This document shows positions 1-11,936 of a DNA stretch of 64,000 nt, one piece after another; positions within the stretch are counted from its first letter, which is position 1; every line of letters starts with the position of its first letter. Position numbers and translations under genes: made by a program. Origin of the DNA: Tubiluchus corallicola (taxonomy: Eukaryota; Animalia; Priapulida); the NCBI GenBank assembly GCA_030141605.1, contig JAQGDQ010000038.1, positions 558,001 to 622,000 on the forward strand. The letters are read 5' to 3'. Under the pieces are notes generated by a model. The model was not told where the DNA came from, did no database searches, and saw nothing but the letters and a program-made list of their open reading frames with translations.

Positions 1-113
1 ATAGTGTACATGATTAAGTCTGTCTGATTAAAAACAAATAGATTACCTGGAACATAATAGTTTTTAAATCTGTACCATATAAAGCAAGAAAAATAAGAAA
101 ATAATTATTCTAG

Positions 114-3100
114 GAAGCTGATCGACTGTACCACGAACACTGGAGGCAAAACTGCGAAAAATTAAGACATCTTGAAGCAGATAAAATGAAAGAGTATTAT
201 GCAAAGTGCAGGGAAGAACAAATGAAAGAAAAAGAAGCGGTAATAATCAAGGGGCTTGTTGTGTATAAATCAATGTTCGTTCTGATTTACCCTCATTTAT
301 AGTTATTCACATTTATGGGCCAGCTAAATGGTTTTGTTGTGTACCTAGCTAGAAAAGTTAAACAGTACTGGACCTGGTGAATGACCATCTGAGAACTATT
401 TCTGGAAGGTTTCATCTGCCATACTGCTTCCAGTAGTTTCACTGAGGGATGGTATACACATCTCATCTTAGAGGATTTTGCTTGTTAATGAGCCACAAAT
501 ATTTAACATTAGTAGTAGGCTCTGCCATTAAGTGTTACATCTGGCTTATTATGTGTTGTCATGTGGAAGAAGTCCTATATTTCTTTTAATACTTGTAAAG
601 CCTATTTTATAAAGATAACTTTTCTTTGTTAATTTTTTTAATTTTCTGTCACAGGAATTTAGTATTTAAATTTAGTATCACAGGAAATTAAGATATTGTA
701 ATCCATGAAAGAGTTACTTTATCTATAAGCTATGATAAAAAAGCCTTTCTGTAAGTTGATATTTTGTTCATGGCTTGATATGAGGTTGCCAGAGAACGTA
801 TCATCTCCGAATTGGTTATGTGGAAAAGGGCAATTTAATGTTTTCGTTGAAGTTAGTATGGTTCATTTTATTAATGAATTTTACCAAAAACGTAACTGAA
901 ATATTTGACAGTGTTCTTACAATATGAGGCCAGTTATGGGTATTGGAAAATGTTAAAATTAACTAGATAAGTTTTTTATCAATATTATACATTTCGTCTG
1001 CTAGATGGAATGTTCTTTTCACAGGAAGAAGCAAAACTTTTACAAGAAAAATTGTTGCTGCAAAGGGAAATGGAAAAACAGCGAGAACTGGCATCTCAAG
1101 TACAAGCAGAAGAAGCTGCACGGAAACAACTGGGCAGAGAACAGTACAGATCTACCTTGGATTCACAAGTTAAAGAGCTTCGCGTATGTGTCAACCCTCC
1201 AGACAATTTTTCCCAATACAATTTACCTTTATAAACTTTTTGTCTTCTAACAACACAAGTTAATTTTTAATGATTGTTAATCGAAAACCTGTTCGGTCCC
1301 GCTGGTTGCGCCGGTAAGCCAGATTGCGGCAAACTTAACAGGTGTCAGGCAGAGCACAACGACTGGGGAATAAAATATATAGGGTTTACAACTACCTCAC
1401 AGCATACGCTGCATAGGCTGACATATGTGGTGGCAATTGATACACCTAGGAAATGTTGCAGGTTGGTTTATGTACAGACATTAATGAGTTTGAACTTACA
1501 TATTATTATTCAAATTTTCTTGCTTTAATATTGGCAAGGCCAAATCTGTGCACTGGAATTTACCGAAACCAGGTTGATGTAAAGTTATTTGTTTACCTCG
1601 GGTTGAAAGCCACCTGTCCATGCAGAATAAGCAACGAAATGAACCCAGATCTGCAAAAATAGTTGAGAAATAGGTTAGATCCATGACTGCGCCGGGTCCA
1701 CAAGCAATGTGGATCTGCATTCCACAAATCCGCAACGAAACCTTGCAGGTCCGGTGTTCACTAATCCTCAAATGCGGACCATGCATCTCTAGTATCTACA
1801 TTTAGTTTTTTATTCAGAATATGAATATAATGATGTATCATAGTGCAAACTGGTATAGTACCAAATTTTATCACATGTTTGTTACAGAAGGCACTTAAAT
1901 GAAATGTTATTTGTTGCCACCAGGTATAATATTCAGTATTCAGTAATTTCTTTAGGTCGCTCTAGATTGCTCTTGTAAGTGTGTCAGTAAATTCATTTCT
2001 CATCTCAAAGTACATGTATTTATCGATTGTTGATTAGGATCAGCAAGAAGGTGCAAAGAAGTTGGAAACTGAGGAAGAGCAGTTGCGACTGGATAGATTA
2101 CAGCTTGCTCAAATGAAAGCTGAACGAGAAAAAATGAATGAGCAGAGGAAAGCCTTACAACATCACCGATCATTGCGTAAACAACATCTTGCTACTATGC
2201 GAAGGAGGGCATTGCAAGTACAAGAAGAACTGGTTTGTCTTCTCAGCATTGCTTGGAACAATTTTTCTAAGTTTCTGATCCATCTTAGCTATGATTAGTT
2301 CCTATGTAGGTAACAACAGGCTTTTAATGTTCCCTAGTTTTGCCTGTTCAGACAAAGACATTATGTGTTGGGAGTGAGATTTTCCTAGTGAGTCTATATA
2401 ACAGTTTTTTAATTTGAAGAAATGCTCTAGCTTTGTTATGTTACTTTAAAAAGCGATCCTGTGTCATTAAAATTCAACAAAAAATTTTATGAATTTGTAA
2501 ACAAATTCATACATTTTTGTAGCCGAAAAGAAATGTGTAATATTCTCAAAGTAATTCCCTCTAGTGTTTTCAGAAATTACATTAGAAAATGACAATAGTC
2601 TCTAAAGTCTAAAGTGAAAAAATGAAAATTGATAACTGAAGTAAAATTTGTTTCTTCACCTGCAGCTATATGTAGCCAGATAGAATGTAAATTAAAGAAC
2701 ATTTGATTGTAAACTAAACATTTTTGCTGTCATATCTTTGTACAGCAACTTGATATGCAAATATTAGAAGCACTTGTTGAAAAAGAGAAAGAAGAACGAA
2801 TTATAGAAACTGCCGAAAAAGAAGAGGTAAAAGCAACTGCAAGACGGATGAAGAAAATGGTTGAAGAACAACTCAGATTAGAACAAACAAGACAAGCGGA
2901 GTTTGACATACTTTTGGAGTAAGTATTTTAGTTATTTTAGTTATTTTAGTTTGCTAATGGATGTGTATTGCAAATGTTTTGCATAATAGCATCATGCACA
3001 CAGGTAGCATTTAACATCATGAAATTTAGAAGCATTATTTTGTTAAATAGAGTTCCAGATCACAAAGTCCAAGAAACAAAAGGACTGTTCACCTGCCAGT

Positions 3101-6100
3101 AACTTTATATCTTGTTCAATACATGTCCAAATTAATGTGTTAACGTAGTTTTAACTTTATGAGAGCTAATGCTTACAAATGAAGATCTGTTCATGAATTA
3201 TACATATACAGTATATGTATAATCTCAATCTGCTTATAATGAGTTTTAGGGGACCGTCAAAACTTGCTTGTTATAACCAAGTCTCATTATAGTCAAAGTC
3301 AATTGTTTAACTGCATGCCACTCTCCGTTATACCACCAAACTCGTTTACCACCTGCAAAATGATCAGGAATGGACCTGCTGTATTCAACTGTGTGCAAAG
3401 ACCTCATTACAGGCCATGTGGCAGCCACATTTATATATATTCAAAGAGGAAATACTACCAACAGACCGTTTTCAATGACACAATTTGCTTTGCGAAGTGC
3501 GCATGGGATTTTGTTATACCTCCCATAAATGGACGAAATAAATGCATAAAATTACAAGAAATTGTTCTGATCCTGGCGCATTTGCCTCCTGAGTGGAGCG
3601 ATAATATTTGTTTGGCGATCAGCTGTATGACAGATGCACTAAAGCCAAGCAATACTTCTGGTTACAGAGCAAATGTGTTTATAAGTTTGTCTGTGAAAGT
3701 TTGATACTGACCATTCAATGCTAATGAATTTGCAATAGAAAAAATGGTTAGGCCAGTACTATGATTAATTAAAAGTTCTTTACTAACATTGCAACCAAGA
3801 TTCATTCTTGAGATTTTGGAGACAATGTTATTTGTAGGATTAAGGCAATTAAAAGGTATGCAATAAATTTCGGCACAAAATTGCCTGCAAGTTGCTTTTC
3901 TATGATTCCTTCTTTTGTGACAGTGTGTGCTGCAAACAAACCGAATTCATTTTGTGTAGGTATTTTTATGATTATTTAAATGCCTGTGCAGGTCTCTGAG
4001 TGTAAAACTTTAGCTCAAATGAAAACATGGTAAAAACATTGTTTTAGAACTCATATTTTTTATATGCAAGGGAAGTATAGTCACAGGGCAGCTAAATTAC
4101 CTCACAATAAACAGAAACTTGTGATATGAGAGCTTACTGTGAGCAATGCTTACCTACATTATTTAATGGCAGGACTTTGAAATTCACTCTTAACAACCAG
4201 AGGCTTACTGCTCGTTACAACATGCCTCATTATTATGGGTGAGCATTATCTACCAGAAAGCAAATTTGAATCGTATCAAACTTTTGACTTTAGGATTAGA
4301 ATTGAACCAAATTTCAGTATTTCGAATTCAAATTGAACCGAATTTCAGTATTTGAAATTTGAATCAAACTCAATTGAGTTTGAAAGATTTTGGAACACGT
4401 TTTCAAACAACCAGTAAAAAGCATTCTTACAAAGATCATGCATATCACTTCGTTTTGTATTGCACTAGAAACACTAATGATTTGTTTAAAAATTGTGCAT
4501 GGAAATTGCAGCTAAATTGTTCTAAGTGTATGATATTTCAAATGTTTTAATGATAAAGAGCATATGTGGTTGAAGTGCTAAATTTTTCAAATCTATGATT
4601 TTGGGTTTGAGTCGAACTCGAACGTTCGATGCTCACCCCTACTCATTATAAGTGTATTATACTGTAAAAGCGGATGGTATGTTTAAAGTATTGTACTCTG
4701 GTTTGAACTGTGGTTGTAGAAATGCATTTATTGCTCTTTATTTCAATAAGCAGCATTCTGGGATTGCCATTAAATACCTGCTTTCCAATTTTAATAATTG
4801 TCTGTCAGAAAACATGACAGTATGATCAGCTAATATTTGTTTGGCCATCAATATTCTTTTTAGAATCACTTAGTCTCACAGATTTGTAATTCTCTTTATA
4901 GTTGTGAGATCATGCTTGCAAAGCCTTTCTTCACAATTGATTTTTTGCAAACTTGTTTCAGCCAATTAGCTCATTTTCTTCATGTGTTCATTTGCGTTTT
5001 CTGTACTTCAAGCTACACGGGGTTGTATTTTCTGTAAACTGTCATAAAAAATCTCAGATCTGTTTTTTTTTGTTATTCTTTCATTTTGAATTCACTTGTC
5101 TATATGATTTTTATTCGTTATGCGTTTTTGTTAGATAATATGTTATTTTAAATACTATAGTTTTGACGTTTGAGTGATACTGCAGAATTTGGAGAACGAG
5201 ATTGATGTATTACTAATCTGTACTTCAAGGCAAGAGGCAACTGCTGTTTGGCAGAGGAGAGAGGCACAATGGGAGAGGGAAAGACTTGCACGTGAGAAGC
5301 TGATGACTGAAGTTTTAGCTGAGCGTGCATGTCAGATTGAAGAACGAGCAAAAGCTAACGAGGCTCAGAAAATGGCTACAGAGTACGCGAAAGCACAATT
5401 AGAGAAAAACATTCTTAGCACACGAAATGAAGAAATGGAGAAGAAGGAAAAGGAAAAAATACGGAAAGAGCGGCAAATGTGGGCGATTACTGAGCAAGTA
5501 TGTTAACTGATTAATATACAAACACAATTACAGATCAGTCTCAAGCCAAACAACTGTTCATTTAATGATAACTTTTAGTTATTTGTCCATTATTACATTA
5601 ATCATTTGACCTTTATTGCACTATACCACTGTCATGTTTAAACCAAGCTCCAATCACTCATTACCTTGTATTTCAAATGAGTTCACATATCAGAAATTAG
5701 AATAAATATCAGAGTTTTGTACTTACTACGCATGAGTGGCAACTGTGCATCAGATTCTTTCTTGTAAATGGTTGTATGGAAAGTTCTCACAGGATTTATC
5801 TCACTTCATTCGTGACATGCATATGTTTGTTTGGTAGGCCCTTTTTGGTATAGGATTGTAATACATGGCACACCAAGATTTTATAGAATTCATAACTTTG
5901 TTAATCTTTGTGTTAGCTGTTTTCCAGAGCTACCTTGAGCAGACCTCTCTACATTATGAGCTTTCTTCTGATTATTACTGCTGTTGTTTTTTAGTTTGCA
6001 TATTATTTGCTATTAGAAATTGTGAAACTATATCAAGCTATTTATATTAAATTAAAGTTATATGTAGTACACTTGAACTTCATACGTTTAACGTCAAGTC

Positions 6101-7526
6101 TTATGCCTCTGTACAAATCAGTTGTGAAAGAAATCAGGGTTTTTTCACAATTTCTTTTGTGACATTAAAATTTTTATCTGAGCCATTTTTATTATACAGT
6201 TAAGAGAACAGGAAGAAAAAAGAAGAGTTGAAGAGATGAAGGAAAGAGAGAAAGAAGCATGGGATCAAAAGAAAGACGAAGAAGATCGCTTACGATTTGA
6301 TAGAGAAAAAGTAACTCTTTATAACCAAGGTTATCCTAGTCAAAAGGTACTAAAGTACTTATTATATTGTCTTTTTTCAACATCTGGTTTGTTTTTCATT
6401 AATTGCTAACTACATGAAGACAAACACAAACTTACTGAGGTGAATGTGGATTAAAGGCATGTGGCCAGCAGCCTTTTAGATGCAGGTATTAGCTGAGCTG
6501 ATGTTTAATGAACCTCAGTTAGTTCTTGTGTTTATATCAGGTGGTGCAGAAAAAAAATGTGCCGAAGTATAGACTACAATAATATTAGAAGCAAGTACCA
6601 ACAAAGTTAAAATTTCACAGCACAATATTACAATAGCTTACATTAGCTCTTGGCTGTGAAAGTTGCAAGTTTATAATTTAGTTTTTAAGTTATAATCGAA
6701 AAGTTCTTGCATGTTAAAAGATCAAATGCTGAAACAGTGTCATCTATAATCATCAGCTGAAAATCAGCGACATTAATGTATAAAGAACTCATTACAAGGC
6801 AGAAAACAATAAAGCAATCAACCAGTTCACATAATGGTCTTCACCACAGAAAATTAAGCACTGATGAAGACTTGTTGCAAAGTAAAAAATGGGATTTAAT
6901 TCTCTGGATTATGCTAACTGGAATTCCCTTAAAGAAAAAGTGTACAATGGCTGCACAGAGCCGTTCGATGCAAATTAACTGTTGAGTGATGAGATCAAAT
7001 ACCCCTTAAAGAAGTGAGAAACTGTGCCAGCAATTGGAAGAAATGCCTTCACCTAGTTTGAGTGAAAATAGTGGACGTATTGAACACTTGCTGCAAATTT
7101 TAAGAATAGTGATACACAAATTTATTATAAATTTAACAATAGTGATACACATATTTAATTATTCCTGCATTTATTTTTTTGAGTTGCTGATTTAAAACTT
7201 TTATATCTTCGGAGAAGTTTAAAAGAATGCCGTAAAATTTCTGATAAATGTCTGTAACACCAATGAGGTAATTTTCATGCGATTCTGTTATTTTTTTCTT
7301 ATTATTGTGATAAAAACGTTGGCGCATTTTTTGCACCACCTGATATATTGCTATGATAATAATTCTAAATAAATTTGATGAACAAGTCTTGAGCAGACAT
7401 TTATATTTCGCATACTAAACTACAATTAAGTTTATATAGATAAAAACTTTGCACCTGAAATTTTAGCCATGATTATTCGTTTTTCAGGCTAACTTTAGGA
7501 GGAAAAAAGTTGCGTGGACGTATTAA
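114..7526 (+). CDS. TCHP: Trichoplein keratin filament-binding protein (TPH-domain coiled-coil centriolar/ciliary protein), 5' part outside the window
   Basis: Exons 114-239, 1025-1183, 2038-2232, 2746-2918, 5230-5497, 6200-6346, 7488-7526, all GT-AG and frame-consistent. Translation includes EADRLYHEHWRQNCEKLR, RRALQVQEEL, MVEEQLRLEQTRQAEFDILLEQEATAVWQRREAQWERERLAREKLMTEVL and C-terminal QGYPSQKANFRRKKVAWTY*. These match recalled trichoplein segments (LYEHW, [23 protein letters not shown], C-terminal KIAW). Confidence 0.88.
4234..4641. mobile_element. hAT-like MITE in a TCHP intron
   Basis: Terminal inverted repeats TATGGGTGAGCAT ... ATGCTCACCCCTA; exact 8-bp target-site duplication CTCATTAT at 4226-4233 and 4642-4649; internal repeats AATTGAACC(A/G)AATTTCAGTATTT. 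Confidence 0.85.
6537..7343 (+). mobile_element. Degraded Tc1/mariner DNA transposon in the last TCHP intron
   Basis: TIRs TCAGGTGGTGCAGAAAAAAAATGTGCC / GGCGCATTTTTTGCACCACCTGA flanked by TA (6535-6536, 7344-7345). Frameshifted transposase remnants near 6890-6945 (W...DL..LDY..W.SLKEKVY, resembling WPxNSPDLNPLDY) and GRIEHLL near 7073-7093, resembling the GGHFEHLL C-terminus. Confidence 0.8.
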
Positions 7527-8514
7527 CTCAAAAACGAATCCAGCTTGTGATTGACTGCAACAGCATTACTTTTTATATCATTTCATTTCATTTAAACTTA
7601 TTAACTTGCATCATATCTCAAACAGTCATTTTTGTATGCATTCTAATAAAAATGCTTTTACATTTAAAGTGAATGATTTATCTGCTGTTTCTGTTGAAAA
7701 GTCTTTTATTTACCTGTTAATAATGGAAATTCTTATTCATCTCTGTGGTGTAATCCCACACAGTGTGGAATTTTGTTGCTTTCAATATGGATGTCATTCT
7801 TTGTGAGCTTCCAATAATGGTGGAAGGTGCTAGAGCTGCCTTTTTTCTTTATTTGTTAGTGAATACTTAGTGGAATTGTCTTACAGCAAGTAACTGCTCA
7901 TTACTGTAAAGCTGTGGCATTAAACTTGTAATAACTTTTGATGCCTGTACTTACACAGTTGAAAGTTCACAATAATCACATTTTTAAGATGAAATGTCCC
8001 TTGCTTTGTAGTAAATTAAGTAGTTGCATTAACTATAATTTTAGGTCAAGTTTGTTTTTTTTCTTGTAAAAAACAGGGTATATAGTATAAGTAAATTCTG
8101 TTACATCAAATTCTTGATTTGTCTATTGTTTTGCCACATTTATTTGATTTAATCTTCAAGTAATTCTCTGAATATTTGTAATCAAAGATATTTGCAATTA
8201 TCAGATTATTCCTACAGCGGTTCAGTCGCGAACAGAATATGAAATCACGTCCCATAGCAATTATTTCTGTTTAGGAGCAATTATAACGTTATTGCAGCAT
8301 TGAACTGTAAACACACTTTTATTAATGAGAATTGCGGATCAGCTGTTCTTGTTAAAAGGATTGCTGAGATGTTTTGTTTTTAGAAGTATATAATCAGTAA
8401 TTAACAAGTGTGTTGTAGTTATATTGGTAGAAAGTGATAAGTACTGCTTTAGACTCTGGTTAGTATTTTAGAGGTATTATGTTTTTCGTTGTGGAGGCTG
8501 CTGATTAGTATAAA

Positions 8515-8640
8515 CATTACTATTAATTACTATACTATAGTAATACTAGTACTTAGTAGTAGTGGTACTAAGTGGTATCACTAGTAGGTAGTTCTGTTAG
8601 TGCTTATAGTAGTAGTGTGGGATTAGTTCCTTTATTAGTG
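8515..8640. repeat. Degenerate (TAG/TAC)n trinucleotide low-complexity tract
   Basis: Runs such as tagtagtagtggtactaagtggtatcactagtaggtag. Confidence 0.6.
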
Positions 8641-10223
8641 TAACCATTATAGTTGCATTTTTTACTCATTACAGTTACAAGGTACGTACTCTGTAAAAGA
8701 AGTAGTAGCTGCTCATTTTCTACCACCAGAAAAGTTAGGTAAATATTAGCTTTCTCACTTTTCAGCTATGTACTCTGGTCAAGTTCAAGCAACTAATGAT
8801 TAAAGTTTAATATTTTCTAGTTTGTTCAGCTCTGGCTTCAGATTTTTCATGATCAGAACCTCACATAAGCATTCCAAATTGGTTTTGCACTTTTATACAA
8901 CTGAGAAATGGGTTGAGTTTGGTTTCAGCACAGTACATTCTCTCAAGTGAATTTACCATAACACTTAAAGCAATACAACAGTGATGATGAAATCACTAAC
9001 TCAGAATTTTCATCTGATTCAAAATGATCCTCCAATTTTCGACTTACAAACACAGAATTGATGCATGTCCTGATTATGTTACTTTGTTACTTTCAACCTT
9101 CTAATTAAGGAGAAGTTTCTGTCATAGTTTTGCCATATAAGGATCAGAGGTGTACAAAAATGGTTAAATATTAACTAGACGTTTAATAATATTAAAAAAT
9201 AAGAAAGTCGATATTAAAATGTCAGAATGGACTTTTTGAAGTCAAAATTCTTATTATTTGCTAAATTTAATATCACAAGTATAATAATTGATTAATATTA
9301 CGTCTGAGATATAAAAAAAAATTAATATAATATAAATCATGGAATTTGAGTTTTCTGTACTATAGCTATTATTTATTTCTTTAAAGCATGTTGCAAATAC
9401 ATATACATGTGTTTGCTTTTTGCAGATGTGAGATTCTATATAAGTATGTTTGTTGGTACGATTAGATAAAATATTTACGTAGATATTGTGCAATAGTTTA
9501 AGGCACTCGCTAGTCCTGGGATTTAGAAAACTTTAAAAAATGTTAATGTTCATTTAAATGTGCCAGAAATTTTCTGTAGGGATTGTTTGATTGTGTTTTT
9601 TCTACAAAAGTAAAAAACTTCTCTTTTGAAAAGGCAGCCTAATTTCTTTAGAACAGGAGACAACAAAATTTTTTAATTGAAAAACAAATCCTAGAGAAAA
9701 CTATCCTATTCTGAAATGTTGATTTACATTTGGATGATTTACAATTATTTGATGTGGCTATAGATCTTACTGCATCTTCTTCTAAAGTCATCACATCTTA
9801 ATGAAAGCTTGTTGGACAAATATCAGCTTTTCTATTTGCTAAAAATTTAACAATCTTTTTGTCAAAAGAACATGTTGGCATGGTCATTTGAATTTAGTGC
9901 ACCTCACAAGTAAGTCATATGTTTGTCTATACAACTGTTGCCTCACTTTCAATTTTCATTTCATACTGTAAGACGTCACATAGTGTGATTATGCATACCA
10001 CAAGTGTTTTGTGTACGCAACGTAAATTTATAGGAAGTTATTTAGCTGTATATGAAACTTGTTGATTTTATTATACCACAAGATGTTAAATTTTATAATT
10101 TTATGTGGACAACACTAATTCTTTAGCCCGTTATTTCAGTTGTGTCTGAAATTTGCAGGCTTTTTGAACACAGACAGGCCTCTTTCCTTTCAATTTAGCA
10201 ACTATACTTCATTAAATACTGCA

Positions 10224-10991
10224 TGGGATGCACCAAACACACATTTTCATGAGCCCAACCAAATCCAATTTTTTGTGCTTTGATGCCAATGAACCGAAGC
10301 TTAGTTTAATGATGAGCTTTGCTGCTGTTCCGAATAAAATAGCAAGATAAATTGGAATGTCAAATTGTTTGTCAAAACTGAACCGAATTTCCTTGTAATT
10401 CCAGTTGAAAGGTATTGCAAACTCTGTAATGCTTCATCGTTTTAAGTTATTGGTGATTGGTGATCAGTGTAAAATTGTTCAGTGTTGTTATTAAATAGTT
10501 ATGTAGTAAAGTATTAAGTATTTTAAAAGCAGCCGTAATTCTTGCAAAAGTTGTTCAAACTATTTTGTACAGTCGATAAAAACAGTATTTAAACAAAGCT
10601 GCAATAGTATAATTGTTTACTATCTCGAGCTCTCATTGATTTATTTCATCGACGAATCATCTTGTCTAATACAACACTACTATGGTATTGCGTATTGACA
10701 CAACTTGTGTAGTTGTGTACCAACGGTGAATCTCATTCGAGTTAACAGAAATCAGACATGTTGACTGTTCTGCTGCGTCAGCTTTTTTTGGATAACTATT
10801 TCTAAGCATTTTAGGGAAATATTCCGTCCGTTTAATGTAATGTTCACTGAATAGGACAATTATTAAAAACGTAACTTTGGTTTATTAAAGTTCACGAAAC
10901 TGTTTGCAGATTGCAATCGAAGTTTACTGGACCAGATTTCTATATTGACATTGCGAATATTCCAGCAATCCGAATATTCGAGGCATCCCTA
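10224..10991. mobile_element. Old hAT-like MITE upstream of the ABCA start codon
   Basis: Ends TGGGATGCACC ... GGCATCCCTA; flanks ATACTGCA / GCACTGCA (6/8 match, degenerate TSD); subterminal CCGAA/CGAATATTC motifs. Confidence 0.55.
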
Positions 10992-11875
10992 GCACTGCAT
11001 AACGTGATCTGAAATGATGTATGCTTTTCCTGTATTCAGTGATATGCTTGATACTGAATAAAAAAAATCAATGCATGACCACTCAAAATAGGTCATCTTT
11101 ATATGGACGTATCCAGGCTTAAAAATATTTTGGCCCTGACATCGTTAATGAACATTGTTTATAAACTCAGATAAGTTGCACTCATAGTAGAGTTGTTTGG
11201 CATATTCTTGTACTGAATGTACTTTAATTGGTATCACTGTATAGGTAGGGCATTCAAGTACACCTGCACTTGATTGCAATGTATAACATTAATTTGTACT
11301 TTGATCGTGCAAAATTTCTCCCTTTCCATTCAGTGTAAATGTTCTGAGCTTAGTAAGTAGTATTACTAGTTTGAAGTTTTTTTTTTCATTTAAATTATGT
11401 GTGCATATTCTTTTAATTACATATTTTCCCAGAGAGTATTATTTTTTTATTAAAACATCTCGTCAGAATTCAGAAAATTATTGTAGAATTTTGTGTTTTT
11501 GCAAGTGTTTTTCTTAGGCTTAATTAATTTTCTGCACAAATTGATTGAGTAACTTCATTTTAAAACAATCTGGTTCTAGCTTAAATAAATTGCTTTGCTT
11601 CCATATCTGTTTTGCATTAGAAGTGCTTCTTAATTGATCTCTTCTTCATGATTTCTATTTTCTAATATATTTCTATATTTTGTATTAGTTTTGTTATTTT
11701 TTAGATTTAGTGGGCTAACATAAGTAGCTAATGTTTATGTTGAAGTGTATAAAATATCTTTATGAGAAGTATAGGGTGGTACCTTGTTATTAAAGGTATT
11801 ATTTAATACGTATTTGTTAATTTAAACATTTGATGGTATATCTCTGATGTGCTTGTTATGTGTTTAGATTGCAAG

Positions 11876-11934
11876 ATGTTTTGAAACATGATGCCTATGA
11901 CAATCTGGGAGATTTGCTCATGAAGAACGATTAA
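11876..11934 (+). promoter_or_regulatory. Cluster of three short upstream ORFs in the ABCA 5' leader
   Basis: After the AG acceptor ending at 11867 come ATGTTTTGA (11876-11884), an 11-codon uORF (11888-11923) and ATGAAGAACGATTAA (11920-11934), then the main start aaccATGG at 11937. Confidence 0.5.
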
Positions 11935-11936
11935 CC

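Noticed and set aside
1280-1792. GC-richer block ending in GCATCTCTA (hAT-like terminus) in a TCHP intron
   Set aside because: No matching left TIR or TSD was found, so boundaries cannot be supported.
3246-3704. 146-aa ORF and overlapping antisense ORFs in a TCHP intron
   Set aside because: Non-ATG start, no recognisable domain and no splice support; possibly decayed transposon sequence, but no motif is convincing.
5174-5229. Apparent N-terminal extension of the TCHP exon in the ORF track
   Set aside because: Intronic; phase and homology place the acceptor at AAG ending 5229.
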